A DNA stretch of 64,000 bases. Source: Alphaproteobacteria bacterium. Lineage in GTDB: Bacteria; Pseudomonadota; Alphaproteobacteria; RF32; CAG-239. Within the stretch, counting starts at the first letter, position 1; every line of letters starts with the position of its first letter. A program made the position numbers and the translations under genes. Below are positions 38,026 to 47,301 of this stretch, in pieces. The notes under the pieces were generated by a model. That model saw only the letters and a program-made list of their open reading frames with translations. It had not been told where the DNA came from and made no database searches. The stretch spans positions 3,100 to 67,099 of the forward strand of contig JAFVWM010000038.1 of NCBI GenBank assembly GCA_017501665.1, given 5' to 3'.

Positions 38026-40455
38026 ATGTTTAACTTAAAAAAATTAAAAAGCGTTGGCTTTGGGGTTTTGACTTTTTTTAGTCTTTTTTGCTCAAATGCT
38101 TTTGCTTCGGAAATAGATCTTAAAATTCCGTCACTTGATGTAGCATATAATATTTTCGGGTGCTCAGTTACGGGTTCTCAGATTTTGTTATATGGATTAG
38201 GTATTTGCTTGGCCGGATTATTTTTCGGTTTGGGTGAATTTTTCGGAATAAAAAAATTACCTGCACATAAGGCAATGTTGAATGTTTCTCATACAATTTA
38301 TGAAACTTGCAAAACTTATATGAAACAGCAAGCTAAATTGTTGGTTGTATTAGAAGTATTTATTGCTGCGTGTATCTTTTATTATTTCTATTATCTTAAT
38401 GCAACTCCGTTACCGAAAGTTATGACTGTTTTGGCTTGGTCGATCTTGGGTATTCTGGGATCGTACGCAGTTGCATGGTTCGGTATGAGAATTAATACTT
38501 ATGCAAACTCTCGTACGGCTTTCTTGTCATTAAAAGGTAAACCTTTTCCGGTGATGAGTTTGCCTCTGCGTTCGGGTATGTCTATCGGTGTTTTGCTCAT
38601 TTGTGTTGAGCTCTTTATGATGATTGCAATTTTGCTGTTCGTTGATAAAGAAAATGCCGGTGCGTGCTTTATCGGATTTGCAATCGGTGAATCTTTAGGT
38701 GCTTCAGCTTTACGTATTTGCGGTGGTATCTTTACAAAAATTGCCGATATCGGTGCCGATTTGATGAAAATTATTTTCAAAATTGATGAAGATGATGCCA
38801 GAAACCCCGGCGTGATTGCTGATTGTACCGGTGATAATGCCGGTGACAGTGTCGGCCCGACAGCTGATGGTTTTGAAACATATGGCGTTACAGGTGTTGC
38901 TCTAATCTCTTTCATTGTTTTGGGCGCAGGTATGATGTGGGCTCAAAATGGTGATTTGGTTATGATGACAAACGGAATCGATATTCAAGCTCGTTTAATA
39001 GTTTGGATTTTTGCAATGCGTTTGTTGATGGTTTTGACATCTATCGTTTCTTATTGGATTAATAATGGTGTTGCAAAAGCCTTGTTCGGAGATAAAAAAG
39101 CATTTAATTTTGAGACTCCGTTGACAAGTTTGATTTGGTTAACCGCCGTTATTTCAATTGCCGTAACATTTGGTGTTTCTTATGTTATGATCGGTGATAT
39201 GTCGCCTGATTTGTGGTGGAAACTTTCGGTTATCATTTCTTGCGGTACAATGGCTGCAGCTTTGATTCCGGAGTTTACCAAAATCTTTACATCTTCAAAA
39301 TCTAAACATGTTGAAGAAGTTGTTAATGCTTCTCGTGAAGCCGGTGCTTCCTTAAACATTATTTCCGGTATTGTTGCCGGTAACTTCTCTGCTTTTTGGC
39401 AAGGTTTGGTTATGGTTGGTCTTATGGCTGTGGCCTTCTTTACTGCTAAAAGCGGTTTAGGTGAATTTATGGTGTATCCGACAATTTTTGCATTCGGTTT
39501 GGTGGCTTTCGGTATGCTCGGTATGGGTCCGGTTACTATTGCCGTTGACTCTTATGGTCCGGTTACCGACAATGCTCAATCGGTATTTGAATTGTCTCAA
39601 ATTGAAAGCATTAAAGGAATCGATAAAGAAATCGAAAAAACTTATGGTTTCAAACCTGATTTTGAAGGTGGTAAACACTTTTTGGAAGAAAATGACTCAG
39701 CAGGTAATACCTTTAAGGCTACGGCAAAACCTGTGTTAATCGGTACTGCAGTTATCGGTGCAACAACTATGATTTTCTCAATCATTTTGTTGTTGAACCT
39801 GCAACTTAATCTGTTAGATCCGATGGTTTTATTCGGTATTATACTTGGCGGTGCGGTTATCTTTTGGTTCTCCGGTGCTTCTATGCAAGCTGTATCAACA
39901 GGAGCATATCGTGCGGTGAACTATATTAAAAAGCACATCAAACTTGATACCGCGAAAGCTGCATCAATTGAAGATTCGAAAAAAGTGGTACAAATTTGTA
40001 CCTTGTATGCTCAAAAAGGTATGTTTAATATCTTTATCGTAATCTTCTCTTTCACAATAGCTTTTGCTTGTTTTGATGCAAGTTTATTTGCCAGCTATTT
40101 GATTTCGATAGCCGTATTTGGTCTTTTCCAAGCTTTGTATATGGCTAATGCCGGTGGCGCTTGGGATAATGCTAAAAAAGTAGTCGAAGTTGATTTGGGT
40201 GAAAAAGGTTCTGCTTTGCATGATGCGTCTGTTGTGGGCGATACTGTCGGCGATCCTTACAAAGATACTTCGTCAGTAGCTTTAAACCCGATTATTAAGT
40301 TTACCACATTATTCGGATTGTTAGCTGTTGAAATGGCAGTGGCAGCTCCAAAATGTGTGGCTACGAGCTTGGGTGTAGGCTTCTTTGTATTAGGTTTGGT
40401 TTTTGTATGGCGTTCGTTCTACGCTATGCGAATTGAACCGGCAGACAAGGATTAG
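38026..40455 (+). CDS. hppA: Membrane-bound proton-translocating pyrophosphatase (divergent, predicted K+-independent)
   Basis: GGIFTKIADIGADL, EDDARNPGVIADCTGDNAGD, GGAWDNAKK, GDTVGDPYKDT, GNTFKA. Confidence 0.93.
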   Translation: MFNLKKLKSVGFGVLTFFSLFCSNAFASEIDLKIPSLDVAYNIFGCSVTGSQILLYGLGICLAGLFFGLGEFFGIKKLPAHKAMLNVSHTIYETCKTYMKQQAKLLVVLEVFIAACIFYYFYYLNATPLPKVMTVLAWSILGILGSYAVAWFGMRINTYANSRTAFLSLKGKPFPVMSLPLRSGMSIGVLLICVELFMMIAILLFVDKENAGACFIGFAIGESLGASALRICGGIFTKIADIGADLMKIIFKIDEDDARNPGVIADCTGDNAGDSVGPTADGFETYGVTGVALISFIVLGAGMMWAQNGDLVMMTNGIDIQARLIVWIFAMRLLMVLTSIVSYWINNGVAKALFGDKKAFNFETPLTSLIWLTAVISIAVTFGVSYVMIGDMSPDLWWKLSVIISCGTMAAALIPEFTKIFTSSKSKHVEEVVNASREAGASLNIISGIVAGNFSAFWQGLVMVGLMAVAFFTAKSGLGEFMVYPTIFAFGLVAFGMLGMGPVTIAVDSYGPVTDNAQSVFELSQIESIKGIDKEIEKTYGFKPDFEGGKHFLEENDSAGNTFKATAKPVLIGTAVIGATTMIFSIILLLNLQLNLLDPMVLFGIILGGAVIFWFSGASMQAVSTGAYRAVNYIKKHIKLDTAKAASIEDSKKVVQICTLYAQKGMFNIFIVIFSFTIAFACFDASLFASYLISIAVFGLFQALYMANAGGAWDNAKKVVEVDLGEKGSALHDASVVGDTVGDPYKDTSSVALNPIIKFTTLFGLLAVEMAVAAPKCVATSLGVGFFVLGLVFVWRSFYAMRIEPADKD

Positions 40456-40471
40456 TCTTAAGCTGAATTAG

Positions 40472-40510
40472 AAAAAGCCTCTCTTTTTATTTGGAAGAGA
40501 GGCTTTTTTT
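40472..40510 (+). terminator. Intrinsic terminator after hppA
   Basis: AAAAAGCCTCTCTT..AAGAGAGGCTTTTTTT. Confidence 0.8.
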
Positions 40511-40604
40511 GTCTATTGACAGAATGTTGATTTTTTTGTACACTGCGCGTGTAAGAAAATTATTAAAAAATTAAAAATAAAAATAAATTAAAATAAATAA
40601 AAAA

Positions 40605-40859
40605 ATGGAAGTAATAGTTATTGCACTTGCGCTGACGATAGTCGGTAGAGTGTTATTTCTCAGTGAAAAAAGAAAAGTAAAAAGCTGGGAAATAAAAAAT
40701 GTAAATGAGGACTTTTATGAAGTTTGTATTGAAAGGAACGGTGTAGTGTATACCGCGCTGGTTCCTGTTGAAGAGTCAATTGATGAAGCTGTAAGCTTAA
40801 AAATTGAGGGCTTCAATAAAGAAGATAGAACTTTTTTGTGTAAATCTGTAAATATGTAA
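40605..40859 (+). CDS. Small hypothetical membrane-anchored protein
   Basis: 84 aa with an N-terminal hydrophobic helix; no recognised family. Confidence 0.5.
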   Translation: MEVIVIALALTIVGRVLFLSEKRKVKSWEIKNVNEDFYEVCIERNGVVYTALVPVEESIDEAVSLKIEGFNKEDRTFLCKSVNM

Positions 40860-40863
40860 TATT

Positions 40864-41385
40864 ATGGGTTTAGACAAATATGTGTTTTCAATAACAGTAA
40901 CAGTTGCTGTTATTGAAATGGTAATCCTTTATTTTTCTTTGAATAAAAAGAAAATAAGGTTATCAAGAATAAAAAATAACGTATCCTTAATGGCTGTGTT
41001 TGCAACAGCTATTGTAACATTGGCTGTAAGCGCCTATATTATGGGTGTGTTAGACGTAAGGTTAACGTTAGTTATCACGGGGATGGTTCTTCTTACTGTC
41101 GGTACTAACATCGAGATACTCCATAATTCTATGGCAAAGTTGGAGTATTTTATAAATACTAATGATTTCATATTCGTGCCAAAATATCAGCAGTCACATG
41201 ATAAGTGGGTGGGAATATTGAAATCTAAATTAGAAGCCAACAAAGAAATAGATGCGGTGTGTTTGTTGTTTTCTGATTTAAAAAAAGATGTTGCAATTGA
41301 AGCAACAATCTTTATCGAATATAACAGCTTGGGATGGATAACCAAACTGTATTGTGCGGAAGTTGAAGAAAGCGGTCAAGATTAA
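40864..41385 (+). CDS. Hypothetical membrane protein (about 3 TM)
   Basis: 173 aa; starts 4 nt after the upstream ORF and is followed by a terminator hairpin at 41369-41403. Confidence 0.55.
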   Translation: MGLDKYVFSITVTVAVIEMVILYFSLNKKKIRLSRIKNNVSLMAVFATAIVTLAVSAYIMGVLDVRLTLVITGMVLLTVGTNIEILHNSMAKLEYFINTNDFIFVPKYQQSHDKWVGILKSKLEANKEIDAVCLLFSDLKKDVAIEATIFIEYNSLGWITKLYCAEVEESGQD

Positions 41386-41406
41386 AAATCTGACCGTTTT
41401 TTTCGT

Positions 41407-41757
41407 TTAAAATGCGTTTTCGATGTGCTCGATTTTAAATGGGAATTCGACTAAAATAGCATCGAAACGAATATCAAAATTTTGATATTCGGGATGATGA
41501 GCCAAAAAGGCTTCGGCTCCGCGGCGGATACGTTGTTGCTGTTTTGGTTGAATAGCATAATATGCAGTGGTTAAGTCTTTGCGTTTTTTTACTTCTATAA
41601 AAACTAATGAAGTTTGATTTTTGACAATGATGTCGACCTCTCCGGCTCCTGTTCCCCGACCAGTAATATAGTTGCACGCAACCAAAGAATAACCTTTTAA
41701 TCTTAAATATTGCAAAGCCATAAATTCGGCAAATTTTCCTTGATTTCCTTTAGTCAT
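41407..41757 (-). CDS. yraN: YraN/UPF0102 family endonuclease-like protein
   Basis: GKFAE..YLRLKGY, GEVDII, VFIEVK, RFDAI; downstream of rsmI. Confidence 0.9.
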   Translation of the reverse strand: MTKGNQGKFAEFMALQYLRLKGYSLVACNYITGRGTGAGEVDIIVKNQTSLVFIEVKKRKDLTTAYYAIQPKQQQRIRRGAEAFLAHHPEYQNFDIRFDAILVEFPFKIEHIENAF

Positions 41758-42584
41758 TTTTTTAACCCTAAGGCTTTTTGATATACTTCATTTTTGTTTA
41801 GATCATATTTTTCAACAATGGTTTTTACAGCGGTTTTTAAGCTTGATTTCTTCATTTCTTCCATTAACTCGGATTCATAATCAATTTGATTTGTTTCGGT
41901 TTTTGGGGCTACCATTAAAACAATTTCTCCTTTGGGTTGATTTTCGATATAGTAAGTGAGAAGTTCTTTTGCCGAACCGGTTTTGCATTCTTCGTACAGC
42001 TTGGTAATCTCGCGAGCAACGGATATTTCTCTGTCGGCAAAAATATCTTTAGCAACCTCAAGAGTTTTGGTCAGACGATTGGCCGTTTCGTAAAAGATGA
42101 GCGTTGAGTCATAGTTTTTATATTTGTTAAAAAAATCGTTTCTGGCTTTATCTTTATTAGGAATAAAACCGGCAAAGGTAAAGCAGTTGGAAGGAAGGCC
42201 GGAAAGTTGGAGTGCACAAATGGCAGCACAAGCACCGGGAATGGTGGTAATATAAACATTTTGTTTGCGACATTTTTTGCTTAGTTTATATCCGGGGTCT
42301 GAAATAAGCGGTGAGCCTGCATCGGAAACATAGGCGATAATATGTCCGTTCTTTGCCGAATCGATTAAGCTTTGTGAAATATCTTCTTCGTTGTGATCGT
42401 GCATGGTAACAAAGTTTTTGCCTGATGTTGACAGACAAAGGAGGGAAAACAGCTTTTTGGTTACTCTGGTGTCTTCACAAGCAATGATATCGGCATTTTT
42501 TAAGACATCTAGGGCGCGAAGTGTAATATCCGAGATATTGCCGATAGGGGTGGCAACAAGATAAATGCCGTTTTTCATAAACAC
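41754..42584 (-). CDS. rsmI: 16S rRNA (cytidine1402-2'-O)-methyltransferase
   Basis: YLVATPIGN..DITLRA, ACEDTR, VSDAGSPLISDPG, REITKLYEE. Confidence 0.95.
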   Translation of the reverse strand: MFMKNGIYLVATPIGNISDITLRALDVLKNADIIACEDTRVTKKLFSLLCLSTSGKNFVTMHDHNEEDISQSLIDSAKNGHIIAYVSDAGSPLISDPGYKLSKKCRKQNVYITTIPGACAAICALQLSGLPSNCFTFAGFIPNKDKARNDFFNKYKNYDSTLIFYETANRLTKTLEVAKDIFADREISVAREITKLYEECKTGSAKELLTYYIENQPKGEIVLMVAPKTETNQIDYESELMEEMKKSSLKTAVKTIVEKYDLNKNEVYQKALGLKK

Positions 42585-42655
42585 CTCTCTTTACAATATA
42601 AAAAAATTGAAATAAAACACTATATTAATGGGATTGTTTTATATTTTGGGATAAA

Positions 42656-44125
42656 ATGCAAGTGTTAAAAAAAATTTGTTTGATTATAGGGGTTATGATA
42701 CTGAGTTCATGCAGTTCTGATCCGATAAGAGATGAGGGATGGTCAGATAGCTTTAACAGTAATGTTGAAGAAATAAATATTTCGACAGATGACAGTTTCA
42801 GAGTGGGTATGTTGTTACCTTTAACGGGTAGTGATGCAAAATACGGTACAGGTTTAAAGTATGCGTCAATGTTGGCTTTGCAAGATATAAATAATCCAAA
42901 GTTGGTGTTGCAATATTATGATACGCAAAGCTCTATTTCGGGCGCCAGAACTGCTGTGGAAAATGCTATAAATCAGCAGTCTGATTTAATTATTGGTCCG
43001 CTGAAAAGTACAGAAGTACAAGCTATTAGTAATGAAACAATATATCAAGGTGTTCCGGTAATTGCTTTTTCGACATCGCAAGATGTTTTACAGCCGACGA
43101 TTTATACTTTGGGGCTGATGCTGGAAGAGCAGATTGACAGAATAATGACCTATGCTACTAATACAGGCAGAAAAAGATTTGCATTATTGTTACCGGATAA
43201 TTCTACCGGTGGAGCGGTGGCAAAGGCAGCGGTTAAATCAGCGCAAAAGAATGGTGTGGAGGTTAAAGTTATCGGTTTTTATACCCCCGGCAATTCTGAT
43301 TTTTCGAGCATTGTAAAAGAAATGACTAACTATGAAAAACGTCATGAAAGGGTCGTTGATATAAAAAATAAACTGGAAGAATTAGCAAATAATGGTGATG
43401 AACAAGCTGAAAAAGCCTTGAAAAAAATAGCAACAAGAGAAGGTTTAGGCGATGTCGGTTTTGATGCAGTAATTATTCCGGAAACAGGAGCAAAGTTGAC
43501 TTCAGCAATATCAATGTTTGCATATTTTGATGCCAGTTATCCCGATGTTCAATTTTTAGGTACATCGATTTGGGATTTGGCTCGCTTAAATAATGAGGTT
43601 GTTATTGCCAAAAGCTTATACCCCACGGTCAGTAAAAATAATAACAATAATTTTGCTAATCAATATTATATGACATTTGGTGAAAAACCCAGCAGTTTAT
43701 ATACTTTGGCATATGATGCAATAAGAGTGGCTGATCAACTGGCCAATAGCGATAACGATGATGATATAAATAAAAACATTACATCTGTTAACGGATTTAG
43801 CGGACTTAACGGAAAGGTAAGATTTTTTAAGAACGGTACAAATCAACATTCACTGGATATAGTAGAAATTATGCCGAGCGGGAACAGAGTGGTTGATGAT
43901 GGAAATGTTCAGTTTGAAACAGTTAACCAACCGTTGCCAATGGTTGATATTACAAACGGATATTGTATGCCGAAAATTTATGGTAAAGACGAAACTTTAG
44001 CACAAATAGTCATTTATGGACAGACAGCCTCCGGTGATATGTTTGATATGGGTATATGTCACGAATCGGATGATTCTGAATTGGTAAAAAAGCAACTTAA
44101 TGATATGGGAATTTATATTAACTAG
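42656..44125 (+). CDS. Penicillin-binding protein activator LpoA-like / type 1 periplasmic-binding lipoprotein
   Basis: Lipobox LSSC, VGMLLPLTG, IIGPL, LAYDA, GFSGLNGKVRF; divergent from rsmI as in other Proteobacteria. Confidence 0.8.
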   Translation: MQVLKKICLIIGVMILSSCSSDPIRDEGWSDSFNSNVEEINISTDDSFRVGMLLPLTGSDAKYGTGLKYASMLALQDINNPKLVLQYYDTQSSISGARTAVENAINQQSDLIIGPLKSTEVQAISNETIYQGVPVIAFSTSQDVLQPTIYTLGLMLEEQIDRIMTYATNTGRKRFALLLPDNSTGGAVAKAAVKSAQKNGVEVKVIGFYTPGNSDFSSIVKEMTNYEKRHERVVDIKNKLEELANNGDEQAEKALKKIATREGLGDVGFDAVIIPETGAKLTSAISMFAYFDASYPDVQFLGTSIWDLARLNNEVVIAKSLYPTVSKNNNNNFANQYYMTFGEKPSSLYTLAYDAIRVADQLANSDNDDDINKNITSVNGFSGLNGKVRFFKNGTNQHSLDIVEIMPSGNRVVDDGNVQFETVNQPLPMVDITNGYCMPKIYGKDETLAQIVIYGQTASGDMFDMGICHESDDSELVKKQLNDMGIYIN

Positions 44126-44182
44126 TTTAATAAGCTTAATTTGTGCTTGAAAAAGCAAAGTCTTTTTGCTAAGTATGATTTT

Positions 44183-44270
44183 GGAGGGAAACGGGTTGGT
44201 GTTTCGCCAATCCGGTCAGGTCCGGAAGGAAGCAGCCGTAACGAAATTTACCAAGGTCGTTTTCTCTCCA
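44183..44270 (+). ncRNA. ffs: Signal recognition particle RNA (4.5S)
   Basis: Conserved GGTCAGGTCCGGAAGGAAGCAGCC core, terminal pairing GGAGGGAAAC/GTTTTCTCTCC, position just upstream of dnaX, and an upstream TTGAAA promoter element. Confidence 0.93.
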
Positions 44271-44296
44271 CCGTTTTTTATTAAAGAGATTTTTTA

Positions 44297-45976
44297 ATGG
44301 CAGAAGAAAATAAAGATAATTATGTGGTTTTGGCCAGAAAGTATCGTCCGCAAAGTTTTAATGAACTTTTGGGACAAGATGCTTTAGTTAAAACAATTAC
44401 TAATGCTATTAAAAATAACAGACTTCATCATGCATATATCTTAACAGGTATTAGGGGAGTGGGTAAAACAACCACAGCTCGAATTATTGCCAAGGCGTTA
44501 AATTGTACAGGTAAAGATGCGTTGAACGGAGCGACGATCAATCCTTGCGGAATTTGTGAGAATTGTCGAGCTATTGCCGAATCGAGACATATAGATGTTT
44601 TGGAACTTGATGCGGCTTCACATACCGGCGTGGGTGATATCAGAGAGATTTTGGATGGTGTACGTTATAAGCCTACTAACGGCAGATACAAAGTTTATAT
44701 TATCGACGAAGTTCATATGTTGTCCAATTCGGCATTTAATGCTCTTCTTAAAACTTTGGAAGAACCACCTTCTCATGTTATTTTTATTTTTGCAACAACC
44801 GAAATAAGAAAAGTTCCCGTTACTATTTTATCAAGATGTCAGCGGTTTGATTTACAAAGATTAGGTATTGAGCTTCTTATGGAGCATTTTAAGAATATTG
44901 CTCAAAAAGAAGGTTTTAATGCTGAAGAGGAGGCTTTGCACCTTATTGCTAAAGCGGCAGACGGATCTTGTCGTGACGGGTTATCGCTTCTTGATCAAGC
45001 TATTTCTTTAGGAATGGGTGATGTCAAAACAGATATAGTTAAAGAAATGATAGGTTTGGCGGACAGGGGACAAACTTTTGAGTTGTTTGAAAGCTTGATC
45101 TCAGGCAAAATCGATGATGTTATGACCAATATTGCCAAACAATACAATGATGGAGCTAACCCGCTTACCGTTTTACAGGATTTAATTAATGTAACGCATT
45201 TATTGGCAAAAGTAAAAATTGTTGCAGAATCGATAAATGATGCTTCGTTATCCGAAAATGAAAAAGCTTTTTGTACCAGAGTAGCTCCGCAAGTTTCTAT
45301 TAGTGTATTATCAAAAATGTGGCAAATGTTTATCAAGGGGTTATCCGAGATAAATGTGGCTCCGTCGCAGTCTGATGCTTTAGAAATGGTGCTTATCAGA
45401 GTAGCTTATTCGGCTAATCTTCCTACTCCGGCAGAGTTGTTGGACGGCTTAAAAAAAAACTCTGATTTAAACGTTATTCAAACAAATAATTTTAACGAAA
45501 ACGTTTTACCAAAGAACGTTGTTTCAAGTGAAACAGCTTCAGATAAGCCTGTTTTTAATACTCCGCAAGATTTGGTTGATTATTTGATAGCAACAAGAAA
45601 AATGATGTTGTCATACAGTATAAAAAATGATATTTCTTTTAGCGACTTTTCAAACGGAAAAATGAAGATAAGCGTGTCTGAAAAGATAAATAATGACTTT
45701 TTACTCAATTTGCAAAATGTCTTAAAAGAAGCAACCGGTATAAAATGGGAAATAGATGTTCTAAGTACACCCTTGGGACAAACTTTGGCTGATAAAGAAG
45801 CCGAAAAAGATATGATGCAGAAAAAAGATGTAATGGATTTGCCTTTAGTTAAGGCAATTATGGCGGAATTTAAAGGAGCTAAAATTGAAAGTTTGACACG
45901 TAAGATTGTTGAACAAGCCGAAAAAGATGAAGAATTTATGGTTGATGATTTGATATATATAGAAGAGGAAAATTAA
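44297..45976 (+). CDS. dnaX: DNA polymerase III subunit gamma/tau
   Basis: VLARKYRP, GIRGVGKTT, IDEVHML, SRCQRF. Confidence 0.97.
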   Translation: MAEENKDNYVVLARKYRPQSFNELLGQDALVKTITNAIKNNRLHHAYILTGIRGVGKTTTARIIAKALNCTGKDALNGATINPCGICENCRAIAESRHIDVLELDAASHTGVGDIREILDGVRYKPTNGRYKVYIIDEVHMLSNSAFNALLKTLEEPPSHVIFIFATTEIRKVPVTILSRCQRFDLQRLGIELLMEHFKNIAQKEGFNAEEEALHLIAKAADGSCRDGLSLLDQAISLGMGDVKTDIVKEMIGLADRGQTFELFESLISGKIDDVMTNIAKQYNDGANPLTVLQDLINVTHLLAKVKIVAESINDASLSENEKAFCTRVAPQVSISVLSKMWQMFIKGLSEINVAPSQSDALEMVLIRVAYSANLPTPAELLDGLKKNSDLNVIQTNNFNENVLPKNVVSSETASDKPVFNTPQDLVDYLIATRKMMLSYSIKNDISFSDFSNGKMKISVSEKINNDFLLNLQNVLKEATGIKWEIDVLSTPLGQTLADKEAEKDMMQKKDVMDLPLVKAIMAEFKGAKIESLTRKIVEQAEKDEEFMVDDLIYIEEEN

Positions 45977-45977
45977 A

Positions 45978-46298
45978 ATGATGAATATTCAAGGTTTGAT
46001 GAAACAAGCTCAAATGATGCAAAAGAAAATGCAAGAAGAACAACAACGTTTGGAGCAAGAAGAATTTGAAGGTGCTTCCGGCGGTGGTATGGTGAAGGTT
46101 GTGTTGAGCGGAAAATTTGAGATGAAAAAAATTAACTTGGATAAAAGTATTGTCGATGCTGATGATGTTGAGGTGTTGGAAGATTTGATTGTGGCGGCTT
46201 ATAATGATGCTAAAGAAAAAGCTGATGCCAAAATGGGTGAAGCGATGGGGTCTATTACCGGCGGGCTTAATTTAGGCGGAATGAAACTTCCTTTTTAA
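45978..46298 (+). CDS. ybaB: YbaB/EbfC nucleoid-associated protein
   Basis: MKQAQMMQ, GASGGGMV, LEDLIVAAYNDA; dnaX-ybaB-recR synteny. Confidence 0.95.
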   Translation: MMNIQGLMKQAQMMQKKMQEEQQRLEQEEFEGASGGGMVKVVLSGKFEMKKINLDKSIVDADDVEVLEDLIVAAYNDAKEKADAKMGEAMGSITGGLNLGGMKLPF

Positions 46299-46308
46299 GA
46301 GATATTAA

Positions 46309-46914
46309 ATGGCCGGAAAAGATATTGAAATTCTTATAAAACAAATTGCTAAATTGCCGTCTTTAGGCGCTCGTTCGGCAAGACGTATTGTACTTCATTT
46401 GCTGAATAAAAGAGAAAGCTCTTTTTTACCGCTGATAGATGCTCTGACCAATGTGGCAACAAGTATAAAAACCTGTGAGATTTGCGGTAATTTTGATACA
46501 ATATCGCCTTGTCCGATATGCTCTTCTCAGACAAGAGATTCTTCAATTGTTTGTGTGGTTAGAGATGTGGCTGATTTGTGGGCAATGGAAAGAGTTTCGT
46601 TGTTTAAGGGAAAATACCATGTATTAGGTGGTGTTTTGTCGGCAATGGAAGGAGTTGTTCCGGAAGATTTGAATATAGAATCATTGGAAGAAAGAATCAA
46701 AACAGGTGAGATAAAAGAATTAGTTTTGGCTTTGCCGGCAACAATTGACGGTCAAATCACCTCTCATTATTTGGTTTCTCGTTTTAAGGAAAGTGGCATT
46801 AAAATAACAACTTTGGCTCAAGGTATTCCGATGGGAGCTGAGCTTGATTATATGGATGAAGGAACAATTCAATTGGCGTTAAACTCAAGAAAGTCGCTAA
46901 ATAATCAGGATTAA
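46309..46914 (+). CDS. recR: Recombination protein RecR
   Basis: LPSLGARSARR HhH, C4 zinc finger, YHVLGG, GIPMGAELDY.DEGT. Confidence 0.96.
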   Translation: MAGKDIEILIKQIAKLPSLGARSARRIVLHLLNKRESSFLPLIDALTNVATSIKTCEICGNFDTISPCPICSSQTRDSSIVCVVRDVADLWAMERVSLFKGKYHVLGGVLSAMEGVVPEDLNIESLEERIKTGEIKELVLALPATIDGQITSHYLVSRFKESGIKITTLAQGIPMGAELDYMDEGTIQLALNSRKSLNNQD

Positions 46915-46921
46915 AAAATCC

Positions 46922-46985
46922 TTGAAAAATAAAAATTTTGTAGTATAAGAGGGACGGAAGATAAGACACCCCTGGAGGTCTTATC
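46922..46985 (+). promoter_or_regulatory. rplY promoter and leader hairpin
   Basis: TTGAAA-16 bp-TATAAG, followed by the GATAAGAC-ACCCCTGGAG-GTCTTATC stem-loop (46960-46985). Confidence 0.55.
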
Positions 46986-47016
46986 ACTTAAATTGAAAAA
47001 ATAAAGGAAATAAAAA

Positions 47017-47301
47017 ATGATTACATTTAATGCTGAAAAAAGAGAAAAAGCAGGTAAGGGGGCAGCTCGTGCATGTCGTCGTGAAGGTCGCGTTCCTGCA
47101 GTGATTTATGGCGGAAAGCAAGAACCGGTTATGATTTCTTTACATCCTGTTGAATTGGAAAAAGCTTTGGATACCAGAGGTTTTTACGATATGGATATCG
47201 AAGTTGTGTTGGATGGTAAAAAAATTGCAGTTATTTGCAAAGATGTTCAATTCCACCCGGTTTCTGATAAGGCTATTCACGTAGATTTCGTCAGAAAATA
47301 A
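47017..47301 (+). CDS. rplY: 50S ribosomal protein L25 (short single-domain form)
   Basis: GKGAARACRREGRVPAVIYGG..KDVQFHPV..HVDF; 94 aa. Confidence 0.95.
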   Translation: MITFNAEKREKAGKGAARACRREGRVPAVIYGGKQEPVMISLHPVELEKALDTRGFYDMDIEVVLDGKKIAVICKDVQFHPVSDKAIHVDFVRK

